From Sulfurospirillaceae bacterium (GTDB lineage Bacteria > Campylobacterota > Campylobacteria > Campylobacterales > Sulfurospirillaceae): a stretch of DNA of 64,000 nucleotides. Location: contig JAWVXD010000008.1 of NCBI GenBank assembly GCA_033723415.1, forward strand, positions 32,188 through 96,187, in the 5' to 3' direction. The notes under the pieces are model-generated. The model ran no database searches and had not been told where the DNA came from. It worked only from the letters and a program-made list of their open reading frames with translations. Every line of letters begins with the position of its first letter. Position 1 is the first letter of the stretch. The translations under genes were made by a program, and so were the position numbers. Positions 18,798 through 30,409 of this stretch are shown here, piece by piece.

Positions 18798-21353
18798 ATG
18801 GATAAATTGGATATATATAATCAACATGTGCTTGAGAGATCAAAGCTTGGAGTTCCACCTCTCCCATTAGATGCTACACAAACTGATATGGTTGTTCAAA
18901 AGCTAAAAGAAGGCACTGGTGATCAAGAAATTCTTTTAGAACTTTTAGTGGAAAGAGTAAGCCCAGGTGTTGATGAAGCTGCATATGTAAAGGCTGCATT
19001 TTTAAATGCGATAGTAAAAAAAGAAGCTAAATGTAATTTGATTCCACCTGTAAAAGCTGTTGAAATCTTAGGAACGATGATGGGTGGTTATAATGTCCAA
19101 CCTCTTATAGAAGCCCTTGAAGATGATGACGTAAATGTTGCTCAGGCAGCATGTGATGCACTTAAACATACGATATTAGTTTATAGTTCTTTCAATGATA
19201 TAGAAAAATTATCTAAAAATAATAAATTTGCCAAAGAAGTTTTAGAATCTTGGGCAAATGCAGAATGGTTTACTTCAAAACCGGCTATGCCTGAAAAAAT
19301 TACTGTTGCAGTTTTAAAAGTTCCTGGCGAAACAAATACGGATGATCTATCTCCTGCCAGCGAAGCTTTTACAAGAAGTGATATTCCTATGCATGCACAA
19401 TGTATGCTTCTAAAAAGATTGCCTGGATCTTTAGAAAAAATAAAAGAGTTTCAAGCCAAGGGTTATGAAGTTGCTTATGTCGGTGATGTTGTTGGTACAG
19501 GAAGCAGTAGAAAATCAGGTATAAACTCCGTTCAATGGTGGATGGGTAGAGAGATTCCCTTTGTTCCAAATAAAAAAACCGGAGGCTTGATCATAGGTAA
19601 AACTATTGCTCCAATCTTTTTTAATACAGCTGAAGATAGCGGAGCTCTTCCGATAGAAGCAGATGTTGAATCCTTGGAGACAGGTGATTTGATTGACGTA
19701 TTTCCATATGAAGGTGTGATCAAAAAAGATGGAGAAGTTGTTTCTAGATTTAATTTAACTCCAAATACTTTAGCAGATGAATATAGAGCAGGCGGTAGAA
19801 TTCCTCTTATAATAGGAAGAGGTTTGACTACAAAAGCCAGAGAATCATTAGGTTTAGGAGTTATAGATATCTTCGCAAGACCTGAACAACCAAAAGATAG
19901 CGGTAAAGGATACTCACAAGCACAAAAAATCGTAGGTATGGCTTGTGGTCTAGAAGGTGTTAGACCAGGTATGTACGTTGAACCTATAACATCTACCGTC
20001 GGTAGTCAAGATACAACAGGACCAATGACCAGAGATGAAATAAAAGAGCTTGCTGCTCTAGGTTTTAATGCTGATCTGGTATTACAGACTTTCTGTCATA
20101 CTGCAGCCTATCCAAAACCATCAGATGTTCAAACTCAACACACGCTTCCTGATTTTATTAGAACAAGAGGCGGAGTCAGCCTAAAAGCAGGGGATGGTGT
20201 TATACACTCATGGCTAAACCGCATGGTATTACCTGATACAGTGGGAACAGGTGGAGATTCTCACACTAGATTTCCAGTTGGTATATCATTTCCTGCAGGA
20301 AGTGGATTGGTTGCATTTGCTGCAGTAACCGGTAGTATGCCTTTGAATATGCCTGAGTCAGTATTGGTAAAATTCAGCGGTACTCTACAACCGGGTATAA
20401 CATTAAGAGATCTCGTAAATGCTATACCGTATTTTGCAATAAAACAAGGCTTATTGACAGTTCCAAAAAAAGGAAAAGTAAATATATTTGCCGGCAAAAT
20501 TTTAGAGATAGAAGGCCTGCCTGATCTTAAAGCTGAACAAGCTTTTGAACTTAGTGATGCAAGTGCTGAGAGAAGTGCTGCAGCTTGTAGCATAGCTTTG
20601 AATAAAGAGCCTGTAGCAGAATATTTAAAATCAAATATAACTCTTTTAAAGTCTATGATAGATGCGGGGTATGGCGATGCAAATACTCTACAAAGAAGAA
20701 TAGATAAGATGAAAGAATGGTTAGCAAATCCAACTTTAGTAAAAGCGGACAAAGATGCAGAATATGCAGCGGTGATCGAGATAAATATGGATGAAGTGAA
20801 AGAACCTATATTGGCTTGCCCAAATGATCCTGATGATGTTGCCACTTTGAGTGAGATATTGGCCGATCCAAATAGACCTCACAATATTGATGAAGTTTTT
20901 GTCGGAAGTTGTATGACAAATATAGGTCATTACAGAGCTTTGGGTGAAGTACTAAAAGGTGAAGGTCAAGTTCCTACTAAGCTTTGGATCGCTCCTCCTA
21001 CTAAAATGGATAAAGCAGAATTGACATCAGAGGGATATTACTCAATATTCGGTGCTGCAGGAGCTAGAATAGAAATACCTGGATGTTCTTTATGTATGGG
21101 TAATCAGGCACGAGTTAGAGATGGTGCAGTCGTATTCTCTACAAGTACAAGAAATTTTGACAATAGAATGGGAATGGATGCAAAAGTCTATTTAGGTAGT
21201 GCAGAATTAGCCGCTCTTTGTGCTCTTCTTGGTAGATTGCCAAGTGTTGAAGAATATATGAAACTTGTACCAAAGAAGCTAGAAGGAAAAGAAAGTCAAG
21301 TATATAAATATTTGAACTTTAACCTTATTGAAGATTATAAACTAGAAGCTTAA
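18798..21353 (+). CDS. acnB: Aconitate hydratase 2
   Basis: [63 protein letters not shown]. Confidence 0.98.
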   Translation: MDKLDIYNQHVLERSKLGVPPLPLDATQTDMVVQKLKEGTGDQEILLELLVERVSPGVDEAAYVKAAFLNAIVKKEAKCNLIPPVKAVEILGTMMGGYNVQPLIEALEDDDVNVAQAACDALKHTILVYSSFNDIEKLSKNNKFAKEVLESWANAEWFTSKPAMPEKITVAVLKVPGETNTDDLSPASEAFTRSDIPMHAQCMLLKRLPGSLEKIKEFQAKGYEVAYVGDVVGTGSSRKSGINSVQWWMGREIPFVPNKKTGGLIIGKTIAPIFFNTAEDSGALPIEADVESLETGDLIDVFPYEGVIKKDGEVVSRFNLTPNTLADEYRAGGRIPLIIGRGLTTKARESLGLGVIDIFARPEQPKDSGKGYSQAQKIVGMACGLEGVRPGMYVEPITSTVGSQDTTGPMTRDEIKELAALGFNADLVLQTFCHTAAYPKPSDVQTQHTLPDFIRTRGGVSLKAGDGVIHSWLNRMVLPDTVGTGGDSHTRFPVGISFPAGSGLVAFAAVTGSMPLNMPESVLVKFSGTLQPGITLRDLVNAIPYFAIKQGLLTVPKKGKVNIFAGKILEIEGLPDLKAEQAFELSDASAERSAAACSIALNKEPVAEYLKSNITLLKSMIDAGYGDANTLQRRIDKMKEWLANPTLVKADKDAEYAAVIEINMDEVKEPILACPNDPDDVATLSEILADPNRPHNIDEVFVGSCMTNIGHYRALGEVLKGEGQVPTKLWIAPPTKMDKAELTSEGYYSIFGAAGARIEIPGCSLCMGNQARVRDGAVVFSTSTRNFDNRMGMDAKVYLGSAELAALCALLGRLPSVEEYMKLVPKKLEGKESQVYKYLNFNLIEDYKLEA

Positions 21354-21359
21354 ACAAAT

Positions 21360-21395
21360 AGAACAACCGCCTAATAGAGCGGTTGTTCTTTATTA
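21360..21395 (+). terminator. Intrinsic terminator after acnB
   Basis: AGAACAACCGC-N8-GCGGTTGTTCT followed by a T-rich tract. Confidence 0.85.
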
Positions 21396-21469
21396 TTTAT
21401 CAACCTATTAATTAGTTATTAACAAACATACTTGTAAAATATCAACCAAATTAAATCTCAGGGATTTTT

Positions 21470-22396
21470 ATGTTAAAAGATAAAATCCGTTTGAAAAAAA
21501 GCGGTATTCTTCTATATGGCATAACACCGCCAAAAGTTAAACATACTCCAGATGAAATTCAAGCTATTGCTGATAAACATATTGAGCGAATCAATAATCT
21601 GGATATAGACGGTTTGGTGCTTTATGACATACAGGATGAATCAGATAGAACGCAAGAAGTTAGGCCATTTCCATTTGTAGAAACACTCAACTCTTCTTTT
21701 TATAAAGAGAAGTATTTAAGTAGTTTAAAAGTGCCGGTCATTGTATATAAAGCAGTTGGAAAGTATGATGTTGACGAGTTTGAAGATTGGTTGTCAACAA
21801 CTAAAAACAAGGATTTTTATTCTGTTTTTGTAGGGGCAGCGTCACAAAAAACAAAAACTAATCTTACTATAAAAGAAGCCTATTTATTGAAAAGTAAGAT
21901 AAATAAAGAGTTGGTATTGGGCGGTATTGTTATCCCTGAGAGACACATGGAAAAGCGAGATGAACACTTAAGAGTAACTTCTAAAATGCAAAATGGTTGC
22001 GAATATTTTATCTCACAAGCTGTATATAATCTTGATGCAGCCAAAAGCTTTTTAGATGATTATAGTGAGTATACAACAAGAGAAAATAGATCTACGGTTC
22101 CTATTATATTTACTTTTACGCCATGTGGATCACTCAAAACGTTAGCTTTTATGAAGTGGTTGGGAGTAAATATACCAGACTACTTAGAAGAAAAACTAAA
22201 AAAATCAGATGATATACTAGAAGAATCAGTTAAACTATCAAAAGATATTTTTACTGAACTGTATATATACGGCAAAGAAAAAGGCATACCGATAGGTTGT
22301 AATGTTGAAAGTGTTGCCATTAGAAAAGTTGAAATAGAGGCATCATTAAAATTGTTAAAAGATATAAAACAGATAATAGATAAAATAGAAGGATGA
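21470..22396 (+). CDS. Methylenetetrahydrofolate reductase-family protein
   Basis: [48 protein letters not shown]. Confidence 0.8.
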   Translation: MLKDKIRLKKSGILLYGITPPKVKHTPDEIQAIADKHIERINNLDIDGLVLYDIQDESDRTQEVRPFPFVETLNSSFYKEKYLSSLKVPVIVYKAVGKYDVDEFEDWLSTTKNKDFYSVFVGAASQKTKTNLTIKEAYLLKSKINKELVLGGIVIPERHMEKRDEHLRVTSKMQNGCEYFISQAVYNLDAAKSFLDDYSEYTTRENRSTVPIIFTFTPCGSLKTLAFMKWLGVNIPDYLEEKLKKSDDILEESVKLSKDIFTELYIYGKEKGIPIGCNVESVAIRKVEIEASLKLLKDIKQIIDKIEG

Positions 22397-23685
22397 ACAT
22401 GAATATCAATAATAGTGAAAAAGAGTTTAAAAAAGCCAAAGAAGTAATCCCAGGAGGTGTTGATTCACCGGTTCGTGCATTTAAAAGTGTTGGTGGTACA
22501 CCGATTTTTATAGAAAAAGGCGAGGGTGCATATCTGGTTGATGTTGATGGTAACAAGTACGTGGATTTTGTACAAAGCTGGGGACCACTTATATTTGGTC
22601 ATTGTGATAAAACAATCGAAAATGCTGTAGTAGATTCTGTCAAAAAAGGTTTGAGCTTTGGAGCTCCTACAAGTGTAGAAACTATTTTGGCTGAAAAAAT
22701 ATGTGATTTATTTGAGTCAATAGACAAGATAAGATTCGTAAGTAGCGGTACAGAAGCTGTGATGAGTGCTATCAGGCTTGCAAGAGGCTATACAAACAGA
22801 GATGATATCATCAAATTTGAAGGATGTTACCACGGACATAGTGACTCTCTCCTTGTTCAAGCCGGAAGTGGAGCTGTGACTTTTGGAACACCAAGTTCAC
22901 CGGGCGTTCCGGCAGATCTGACCAAGCATACTCTGCTAGCTAAATACAACGATATCGAAAGCGTCAAAAAATGTTTTGAAAACTCACATGACGTGGCTTG
23001 TGTGATCATAGAGCCGATAGCCGGGAATATGGGATTTGTTCCAGCCGATATAGAGTTTTTAAAAGAATTGCGACAAGTATGTGATGCCAATGGAGCTTTA
23101 TTGATCTTTGATGAAGTTATGAGTGGTTTTAGAGCATCCCTGAGGGGAGCTACAGGTTTAGTAGCTATCGCTCCAGATATCATAACATTTGGTAAAGTCA
23201 TAGGCGGTGGTATGCCTGTTGGTGCATTTTGTGCAAGAAAAGAGATCATGGACAGATTGAGTCCTGATGGACCGATCTATCAAGCAGGGACATTAAGCGG
23301 TAATCCTGTTGCTATGAATGCAGGACTTGCCTCACTAAACAAATTGCTAGAGAATCCAAGTGTTTACGATGATTTTGAAAAGAAGGCTAAAAAACTTGTT
23401 AATGGCTTAAAAGAAGAGGCTGCAAAGAACAACATCGATTTGCAAGTTGACGTCAGAGGAAGTATGTTTGGATTTTTCTTCAATAAAACAGAAGTGAAAA
23501 ATTTTGATGATGCACTAGATTCTGACACAGATTTATTTGCAAGATTTCATCAAGGTATGCTGAATAGAGGTTTTTATTTTGCTTGCAGTCAATTTGAAAC
23601 AGGCTTTATAAGTACAAAGATAACCGATCAGATCATTGATGATGCATTGATCGCGGCGTCAGAAGTCTTTAAAGAGATAAAATGA
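22393..23685 (+). CDS. hemL: Glutamate-1-semialdehyde 2,1-aminomutase
   Basis: [60 protein letters not shown]. Confidence 0.98.
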   Translation: MNMNINNSEKEFKKAKEVIPGGVDSPVRAFKSVGGTPIFIEKGEGAYLVDVDGNKYVDFVQSWGPLIFGHCDKTIENAVVDSVKKGLSFGAPTSVETILAEKICDLFESIDKIRFVSSGTEAVMSAIRLARGYTNRDDIIKFEGCYHGHSDSLLVQAGSGAVTFGTPSSPGVPADLTKHTLLAKYNDIESVKKCFENSHDVACVIIEPIAGNMGFVPADIEFLKELRQVCDANGALLIFDEVMSGFRASLRGATGLVAIAPDIITFGKVIGGGMPVGAFCARKEIMDRLSPDGPIYQAGTLSGNPVAMNAGLASLNKLLENPSVYDDFEKKAKKLVNGLKEEAAKNNIDLQVDVRGSMFGFFFNKTEVKNFDDALDSDTDLFARFHQGMLNRGFYFACSQFETGFISTKITDQIIDDALIAASEVFKEIK

Positions 23686-23978
23686 GTAAAAATAAAAAGC
23701 CAAAGTTTGCAAATATCATAGAAGGTGCTGAGCAACTTTCTCTTGGTATATCTATGGTTGTAGCAGTTTTAATCGGTATTGGCATAGGTGTATTGATGAA
23801 AAATTATTTTCATCACACCTGGCTTCTTTGGCTTGGAGTATTTTGGGGAGTTGCAGCTGCTGTTTTAAATGTCTATAAAGCATACAAAAAGCAAATGAAA
23901 TCACTTGATGAACTAAAGGATGATGTGAGATATAAGAATATTAATACAGACGATGACGATGATGATGACGATAAATAA
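23682..23978 (+). CDS. AtpZ/AtpI-family small membrane protein
   Basis: Two TMs: [18 protein letters not shown]...[20 protein letters not shown]; acidic tail. Confidence 0.8.
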   Translation: MSKNKKPKFANIIEGAEQLSLGISMVVAVLIGIGIGVLMKNYFHHTWLLWLGVFWGVAAAVLNVYKAYKKQMKSLDELKDDVRYKNINTDDDDDDDDK

Positions 23979-24462
23979 GCTCTCTTTATTATATCTGATC
24001 GGAGATATTATATTGATTGTAACTTCTCTATTTATCGGAAAATTTTGGTTAATCAACACACAAGCTGCATTTATATGCTCTATGCTTGTTACATTTTCAT
24101 CATATTTTTCATATAAGATCATGATAGAAAAAAGGATTGACAGTAATGATATCGGCAATAACAAAGATTCTTATGATGCATTAGAAGACCCTTACAATCT
24201 TTTTAATGATGATGATAACGAAGAAAATGTGATAGAGAGAGAACAAAAGCCTAAAAAAGAAGGCAAGTTCAAAAATATCATAAAAGGGTTGGTTACAGGG
24301 ATAAGTGGTGCATTGAGTATATATAGGCTACTTGCATATCTCATCTTGTTTGTAGTAATATTATCTTTGATAAGAAATAGTCTTTTTGATGCAGTTGCTT
24401 TTTTCGTAGGGCTTAGCGTAGTGCCTTTAGTAAGCCTACTATCTGGTTTAGCGAGACACTAA
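23953..24462 (+). CDS. Conserved 4-TM membrane protein (start uncertain, possibly 23965)
   Basis: Four hydrophobic segments flanking an acidic EDPYNLF loop; follows the hemL-atpZ-like pair as in Campylobacter. Confidence 0.75.
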   Translation: MTMMMTINKLSLLYLIGDIILIVTSLFIGKFWLINTQAAFICSMLVTFSSYFSYKIMIEKRIDSNDIGNNKDSYDALEDPYNLFNDDDNEENVIEREQKPKKEGKFKNIIKGLVTGISGALSIYRLLAYLILFVVILSLIRNSLFDAVAFFVGLSVVPLVSLLSGLARH

Positions 24463-25137
24463 TGCAGAGCTTAGTATAGTTGTATTACCTTTGATTTGTA
24501 CTAAGGCATTTGCATTTTGTGATAGCTCTTCTATATTTGTATCAAGCTTCTTATTTCTTTTATCACCCTCAACATAGATTGAAAAAATTGGATATTTTTT
24601 ATCGTCAAATTTTATATATTCTCCTGTATTCAGTGTCAATTTTGAAGTGATTGTGTCTGAACCAAGATATGATGAATATATCTTATTTAACAGTCTAGTA
24701 AATTCTTCAATTTTTAATCTTATCTCCGGGAAAGTTGGATCAAATATCTTGTGATGTTTTGTCGTACTGTGGCTTGCACTTGATGCACTAATACAAAGGT
24801 CAAGTAGAGAATAAAGATTTACAATTTCTCCATATTCATCTATAGAAGATAGTTTTTTTGCTGCTTTTTTGTAAAGTTTTATGCCGATTTCACTTTCATC
24901 TAGATAACCTACAGTTATAGCGTAAAATGAGTAAGAACCATAGTTTAGATCTAATATAGTTGTTTTGAAGCCATAAGACATACTTGCATATGTCTTTGCA
25001 AGCTCAAAAATTTTTTTTGGTGCAACTTCACCTAAAAGATATTGGGCTTCTTGATTGAGTGATTTAACCCTTTCATCAGTGTCAAATGTGATGAAAGGGT
25101 TATAGTCATATTCTATCCAGGCCTCATTAAAAGTCAT
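24448..25137 (-). CDS. Hypothetical protein with PAS-like N-terminus, downstream of rpoD
   Basis: ATG 25137 behind a GGAG SD; NPFITFDTDERVKSLNQEAQYLLG resembles a PAS start. Confidence 0.7.
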   Translation of the reverse strand: MTFNEAWIEYDYNPFITFDTDERVKSLNQEAQYLLGEVAPKKIFELAKTYASMSYGFKTTILDLNYGSYSFYAITVGYLDESEIGIKLYKKAAKKLSSIDEYGEIVNLYSLLDLCISASSASHSTTKHHKIFDPTFPEIRLKIEEFTRLLNKIYSSYLGSDTITSKLTLNTGEYIKFDDKKYPIFSIYVEGDKRNKKLDTNIEELSQNANALVQIKGNTTILSSALVSR

Positions 25138-25150
25138 TTTAATCTCCAAA

Positions 25151-26965
25151 TTAGCTTTCAATATAATTTTTTAATTTTCTTCCGACTTTTGGATGTTTTA
25201 ATTTTTTTATTGCTGAACTTTCAATTTGTCTGACTCTCTCTCTTGTTACACTTAATTCTTTGCCTATCTCTTCAAGTGTTCTATCGCTTTCATCATGCAT
25301 AAGTCCAAATCTCATTCTGATTACGGCTTTTTCTCTATCGTTAAGTTGTTCTAATACATCATCTATCTGATCTCTAAGGTCAAATTTCAAAATATTTTCC
25401 ATAGGAGAAATACTACTTTTATCCTCTACGAAATCTCCGAATTTGCCATCTTCTTCGTTACCTATCGGAGCTTCTAGCGAGATAGGTTCTTTTGTTATCT
25501 TTATAACATTTTTAACCTTATCAACACTTAAACCGACTTCTTCTGCTATCATATCAACATCAGGCTCTTTTCCATTTTCTTGAAGATGTTTTCTTATGAT
25601 TTTATTGATCCTGTTTATGGTCTCTATCATGTGAATTGGAATTCTGATCGTTCTTGCCTGATCTGCTATAGCTCTGCTTATAGCTTGTCTGATCCACCAA
25701 GTTGCGTAAGTTGAAAATTTATAACCTTTTTTGTATTCAAACTTATCTACTGCTTTCATAAGACCTATATTGCCTTCTTGGATAAGATCTAAGAAAGGAA
25801 GCCCTCTATTAGTATATCTTTTTGCTATAGAGACAACTAGACGGAGGTTAGATTTTGCCATTCTTGTTTTTGCTCCATCAGCTATTTTCTTACCTCTTTT
25901 GATCTGCTCTAATATCTCTTTTAATCTATCTTCTTCTAGATCAAAACCTTGTTTACTCGCTTCTTTAGTTTGAAAAAGTTTTTTGATCTTCATATACGTT
26001 GAAACCATTGTAGCTTCAGGAACTTCAGCCGTGACTTCTTCTTTACTCATTCTTACGATTTTACTAAGAATCTTTTGATGGTTCTTTTTCAATGATTCGT
26101 TAAAAAGCGGTAGCATATATTCTAATCTTTTTAGCTCTTTCTCAAATTCACCATCACTTTTTAATGCAGTTTCCATAGATTTCACTAATTCATTTATTAG
26201 TTTACTTGTAGGACCTAGTTCCATAAGTTTTTCTTTGAGAATCTTCTTTTTATATGCCAAAGTAAGGTCATACGTCATTTGAGACTCTTCATCAATATCT
26301 TCTTCCGGTGTTTTTGATAGTGATTTCATCCAGTCTTTTTTTGCTTTTTCTAATGCTTTAAAACTTTCTAATACTTTAACCGTTCTACTGTCATCTTTTT
26401 TATTCGGTTTTCTATCGTCATCATCGTCACTATCGTCATCATCTTCAAAGCTTTTAAATAATTCTTTAACTCTTCTTTCACGATTTATCAAAGCTTCTCT
26501 ATAATCTAGTATAAAATCTATGAGATAAGGGACAGAACAAAACGCATCGATGATGATATCTTCGCCAAATTCTATTCTTTTACTTATGTCAATTTCTTCT
26601 TCTTTTGTTAAAAGTGAAATTTGACCCATTTCTCTAAGGTACATACGGACAGGACTATCACTTCTTGACCATTCTAGAAGTTCTTTTTCACTTGCTAAAT
26701 CAAATTCATCTTCTAGTGATTCATCATGAAGCTTTTGTCTTTCTTCCTCTCTCCTCTTGGCTTCTTCTATGTTTCTTAACTTTGCAATTTCAGCAGAAGT
26801 TATAAGAGAAACCTTATATTTCTTAACTAAGGAAAGGATCTTCTTTGCACTTGATGATGTTGGTTGTTTTGGGAAAATATTCATTACTTGTTCATAAACA
26901 ACATAACCTTTTTCGTTCTCTTTAAATAATTCTTCTATGCTATCGTAAATTTCTTTTGTAGACAT
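25151..26965 (-). CDS. rpoD: RNA polymerase primary sigma factor sigma70
   Basis: [66 protein letters not shown]. Confidence 0.99.
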   Translation of the reverse strand: MSTKEIYDSIEELFKENEKGYVVYEQVMNIFPKQPTSSSAKKILSLVKKYKVSLITSAEIAKLRNIEEAKRREEERQKLHDESLEDEFDLASEKELLEWSRSDSPVRMYLREMGQISLLTKEEEIDISKRIEFGEDIIIDAFCSVPYLIDFILDYREALINRERRVKELFKSFEDDDDSDDDDDRKPNKKDDSRTVKVLESFKALEKAKKDWMKSLSKTPEEDIDEESQMTYDLTLAYKKKILKEKLMELGPTSKLINELVKSMETALKSDGEFEKELKRLEYMLPLFNESLKKNHQKILSKIVRMSKEEVTAEVPEATMVSTYMKIKKLFQTKEASKQGFDLEEDRLKEILEQIKRGKKIADGAKTRMAKSNLRLVVSIAKRYTNRGLPFLDLIQEGNIGLMKAVDKFEYKKGYKFSTYATWWIRQAISRAIADQARTIRIPIHMIETINRINKIIRKHLQENGKEPDVDMIAEEVGLSVDKVKNVIKITKEPISLEAPIGNEEDGKFGDFVEDKSSISPMENILKFDLRDQIDDVLEQLNDREKAVIRMRFGLMHDESDRTLEEIGKELSVTRERVRQIESSAIKKLKHPKVGRKLKNYIES

Positions 26966-27052
26966 GAGCTGTTGCTCCTTTGAGATATTGGAGTTTAAAG
27001 AGAGGATTATACCTAAATTTATTTAAAATCACATTAATGGTGTCTTTCAGAG

Positions 27053-27070
27053 TTGGAACATTAATTGCTT
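27053..27070 (+). promoter_or_regulatory. sigma54 promoter of flgF-flgG
   Basis: TTGGAACATTAATTGCTT; matches the Campylobacter RpoN -24/-12 consensus, 32 nt upstream of the ATG. Confidence 0.85.
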
Positions 27071-27102
27071 TTGTTAGGTTAAATTTACGAATGGACAAGT
27101 AT

Positions 27103-27906
27103 ATGCAAAGTGGATATTATAGCGCAACAGGCGGAATGATCACGCAGTTTAACAGACTAGATGTTATATCAAATAATCTGGCAAACCTCAATACTCCAGC
27201 CTTCAAAAAAGACAAAATAATAGTCGGTGATTTTAAAAGAATTTTTCAAGAAACTCAAGAAAATATGCCAATACCTAACAATACGACAGAGGCAGCTAAG
27301 TTTTTAAACTCAAGTATAGACAGTGTTCCTCAAGTAGTTGAACATTATACTCAGTTTTCACAAGGTGGTTTGAAAAGCACCGGAAACAGTTTAGATTTTG
27401 CATTGAAAAGCCCTAATGTCTTTTTTATGGTAAAAACACCAAACGGCATAAGGCTTACGCAAGACGGTTCTTTTGTTATAAATAAGGATGGAGTTTTATC
27501 TACAAAAGAGGGATATCCTGTGTTGCCCGCAAATTATTTTCAAAATTCACAACTAATAAAGGTCCCGCAAGATGCAACTCTTAGTGCGGATGCAGCAGGA
27601 AATTTGTATTCAAACGGAAATGCGATAAGCAAATTTTACATAGCAACAAGTAACGATATAAAAAGTCTTCAAAAAGAGGGTAGTAATTTATATAAGTTTC
27701 CCAATATCAATGTTATCAAGCAATCCGCAAATCCAGATATTGTAGAGCAAGGATTTTTAGAAGATAGTAATGTAAACCCAGTTACAGAGATGGTTCATCT
27801 AATAGAAGCAAACAGAATGGTGGAAATGTACCAAAAAGTTATGAATTCACATATGAATGATTTAAATACCGATGCAATTAATAAACTAGCATCCGTAACA
27901 GCATAA
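27103..27906 (+). CDS. flgF: Flagellar basal-body rod protein FlgF (FlgG2-type)
   Basis: MQSGYYSATGGM...ISNNLANLNTPAFK, TGNSLDFAL, LEDSNVNPVTEMV; start set at ATG 27103, downstream of the sigma54 site. Confidence 0.88.
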   Translation: MQSGYYSATGGMITQFNRLDVISNNLANLNTPAFKKDKIIVGDFKRIFQETQENMPIPNNTTEAAKFLNSSIDSVPQVVEHYTQFSQGGLKSTGNSLDFALKSPNVFFMVKTPNGIRLTQDGSFVINKDGVLSTKEGYPVLPANYFQNSQLIKVPQDATLSADAAGNLYSNGNAISKFYIATSNDIKSLQKEGSNLYKFPNINVIKQSANPDIVEQGFLEDSNVNPVTEMVHLIEANRMVEMYQKVMNSHMNDLNTDAINKLASVTA

Positions 27907-27935
27907 AATTACAATAAAAAGGACAAGGAAGTAAG

Positions 27936-28724
27936 ATGTTAAGATCACTTTATACAGCAGCGACAGGAATGATTGCACAGCAAACTCAAATAGATACTAC
28001 TTCAAATAATATTGCAAACGTAAATACCATAGGATATAAAAAACAAAGAGCTGAATTTGCAGATTTAATGTATCAGACTATGGAATATGCAGGAACTGCT
28101 ACTAGTAACACTACAGTTTCTCCTACAGGTATAGAAGTTGGATTAGGTGTTAGACCTACGGCAATATCAAAACTTTTTACGCAAGGAAACTTTAAAGAAA
28201 CCGGAAATCCATTAGATATGGCTATAACAGGACAAGGTTTTTTCCAAATTCAATTGCCTGATGGTTCTACCGCTTATACAAGGAACGGTTCTTTTAAATT
28301 GGACAGTAATGGAAATATTGTAAACAGTGATGGTTATCAGTTGATTCCACAGATCACTATACCACAAGATGCAACTCAGATATCAATAGGAACAGATGGT
28401 ACGGTTTCGGTCATGCAAGCAGGACAAACTCAAATGTCGCAAGTAGGACAAATTGAATTGGCAAACTTCGTGAATCCAGCTGGGCTTCATTCTCTTGGTA
28501 ATAACAATTATATAAATACAACAGCATCAGGCGATGCAATCACAAGTACTCCAGGTTTGAATGGACTTGGAGAGATAAGACAGAACTTTGTTGAGATGAG
28601 TAATGTTCAACTGGTAGAAGAGATGACAGATCTTATAACAGGACAGAGAGCTTACGAAGCAAACTCTAAAGCTATAACTACCAGTGATGAAATGCTTCAA
28701 ACAGTAAATGGACTAAAAAGATAA
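27936..28724 (+). CDS. flgG: Flagellar basal-body distal rod protein FlgG
   Basis: MLRSLYTAATGM, NNIANVNTIGYKK, YTRNGSF, EMSNVQLVEEMTDLITGQRAYEANSK. Confidence 0.97.
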   Translation: MLRSLYTAATGMIAQQTQIDTTSNNIANVNTIGYKKQRAEFADLMYQTMEYAGTATSNTTVSPTGIEVGLGVRPTAISKLFTQGNFKETGNPLDMAITGQGFFQIQLPDGSTAYTRNGSFKLDSNGNIVNSDGYQLIPQITIPQDATQISIGTDGTVSVMQAGQTQMSQVGQIELANFVNPAGLHSLGNNNYINTTASGDAITSTPGLNGLGEIRQNFVEMSNVQLVEEMTDLITGQRAYEANSKAITTSDEMLQTVNGLKR

Positions 28725-28728
28725 TTTT

Positions 28729-28899
28729 ATGCTTATTTTGCTTCCTTTTTTAGTGATTATTCTAATAATAGTCGCTATAAATAATATTTACTATAGTGAT
28801 GTCAAACCAAAAGACACACAAACAAAAAAGCATATTGAAAGACCTGTCGATAAATCAATACAGACAAATAACTATATCAAGAAATATATAAAGGAATAA
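28729..28899 (+). CDS. Putative 56-aa single-TM small protein (below ORF-track cutoff)
   Basis: MLILLPFLVIILIIVAINNIYYSDVKPKDTQTKKHIERPVDKSIQTNNYIKKYIKE*; fills the flgG-azlC gap with 4-nt spacers on both sides; weak SD. Confidence 0.45.
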   Translation: MLILLPFLVIILIIVAINNIYYSDVKPKDTQTKKHIERPVDKSIQTNNYIKKYIKE

Positions 28900-28903
28900 T
28901 TGC

Positions 28904-29578
28904 TTGAAATTTTTTTCCATATTTAAACTAACTATTCCTGTACTTATGGGTTATGTACCGCTGGGTATGGCTTTTGGACTATTACTTTCCAAGCTCATGA
29001 TACCTTGGTACTACGCTTTTTTCATGTCAGTATTTATTTTTGCCGGTAGTGCGCAGTTTTTGGCGTTAGTGTTATTCGCATCTCAAGCAACGGTTATAGA
29101 GATAGGTATTGCTATATTTCTGCTCAATCTAAGACATACGTTTTATGGCTTATCTATGGTGAGTGTTTTTAAAGATTTTTCTTGGAAAAAACACTATCTG
29201 ATTTTTGGTTTGACTGACGAAACTTTTGCTCTTTTGAAAACAAGAGAAATCAATAAGGAAGAGAGAGAAAAAGTTTATCTCATCATTACGGCCTTAAATC
29301 AAAGTTATTGGGTTATCGGAAGTGTTATCGGAGCACTGTTAGGGAATATTTTACCTTTTAATTCTAAAGGATTGGAATTCTCTCTGACAGCATTATTTGT
29401 CGTCTTGTCTATAGACTTATACAAGAAAAGTAAACTTCATAAACCGTTTTTGATAGCTATTGCGATAGGTATTATCGGGATGTTGTCATTTCCGAGTAGC
29501 AAAATGTTGATACTTTCATTGGGGCTTGCTATGTTTACATTGATACTTTTTAAAAAGGCGATAGAAAATGAGTCATGA
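28904..29578 (+). CDS. azlC: AzlC-family branched-chain amino acid exporter, large subunit
   Basis: GYVPLGMAFG, FAGSAQF, LLNLRH, FGLTDETFA. Confidence 0.92.
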   Translation: MKFFSIFKLTIPVLMGYVPLGMAFGLLLSKLMIPWYYAFFMSVFIFAGSAQFLALVLFASQATVIEIGIAIFLLNLRHTFYGLSMVSVFKDFSWKKHYLIFGLTDETFALLKTREINKEEREKVYLIITALNQSYWVIGSVIGALLGNILPFNSKGLEFSLTALFVVLSIDLYKKSKLHKPFLIAIAIGIIGMLSFPSSKMLILSLGLAMFTLILFKKAIENES

Positions 29579-29894
29579 ATATTTGATAAGTGCTATTGCA
29601 CTAGCCGCTGTTATGACTTATATCACGCGTGTAATACCGTTTGTCTTTTTTGGAAATAAATCTCCGGCACCAATCATCAAATATATTGAGTGGAATATGC
29701 CGTTGATGATTATGGTTATATTGGTATTTTATGCACTAAAAGATGTCAAATGGGGATTATATCCTTTTGGCTTGCCTGAAATTATAGGAGTTTTTATTGC
29801 AATTGTAATGCACTTAAGATTTAGCAATGCGCTTTTGAGCATAATTTCTGCTACTGTCGTGTATATGGTTTTAGTGCAAAAGATTTTTGTATAG
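29568..29894 (+). CDS. azlD: AzlD-family exporter, small subunit
   Basis: TYITRVIPF motif, 3-4 TMs, overlaps azlC. Confidence 0.9.
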   Translation: MSHEYLISAIALAAVMTYITRVIPFVFFGNKSPAPIIKYIEWNMPLMIMVILVFYALKDVKWGLYPFGLPEIIGVFIAIVMHLRFSNALLSIISATVVYMVLVQKIFV

Positions 29895-29963
29895 CATAAA
29901 AATATCATAAAAATATCATACCTTTGATGATATAATAGTCTGAAATGTGATAAAGGAGAACTT

Positions 29964-30263
29964 ATGAATCCAAATGAACAACCAGATTTGAAGTTACAAG
30001 ATGTCATAGAAGTCGATGGCGTTAGATACCTCGTATCAACCATTAAAATTGATGTTAGGCATGCTTGGTTAAATCAAAACTCATATGTTAAAGTGTATGA
30101 GACTATGATATTTGAAAAAGAGAATGGTCAAGTCCAGTATGATAAAGTAGTTTACAATAAAAGATATACTACGTATAAATGTGCGGTTGACGGACATGCC
30201 GAAGTATTGAAACACGCTAAAAAAATAATCGAAGTATGTCATCATGCAAGAGCAAAGATGTAA
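29964..30263 (+). CDS. Hypothetical protein, 99 aa, phage-like motif set
   Basis: AAGGAG SD and TGATATAAT extended -10 upstream; VST...YETMIF...RYTT...A..GH. Confidence 0.75.
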   Translation: MNPNEQPDLKLQDVIEVDGVRYLVSTIKIDVRHAWLNQNSYVKVYETMIFEKENGQVQYDKVVYNKRYTTYKCAVDGHAEVLKHAKKIIEVCHHARAKM

Positions 30264-30409
30264 ATCAAATGGTAGTTTAATTTAAGTAAAATCCTAAAAA
30301 AGAGAATACTTTTTTTCTCAAAAGAGATATTTTCTTTTTTGTATTTTGCGAAACTATGTTTGTAAGTCACTTTGTGTATATCAGTTCGGCATAATTATTA
30401 AATATATAA

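Noticed and set aside
26410..26445. TCA/TCG repeat in rpoD as a microsatellite
   Set aside because: Encodes the usual acidic linker of sigma70
26980..27102. Extended N-terminus of flgF from TTG 26980
   Set aside because: It would span the sigma54 promoter; the family-typical start is MQSGYY at 27103
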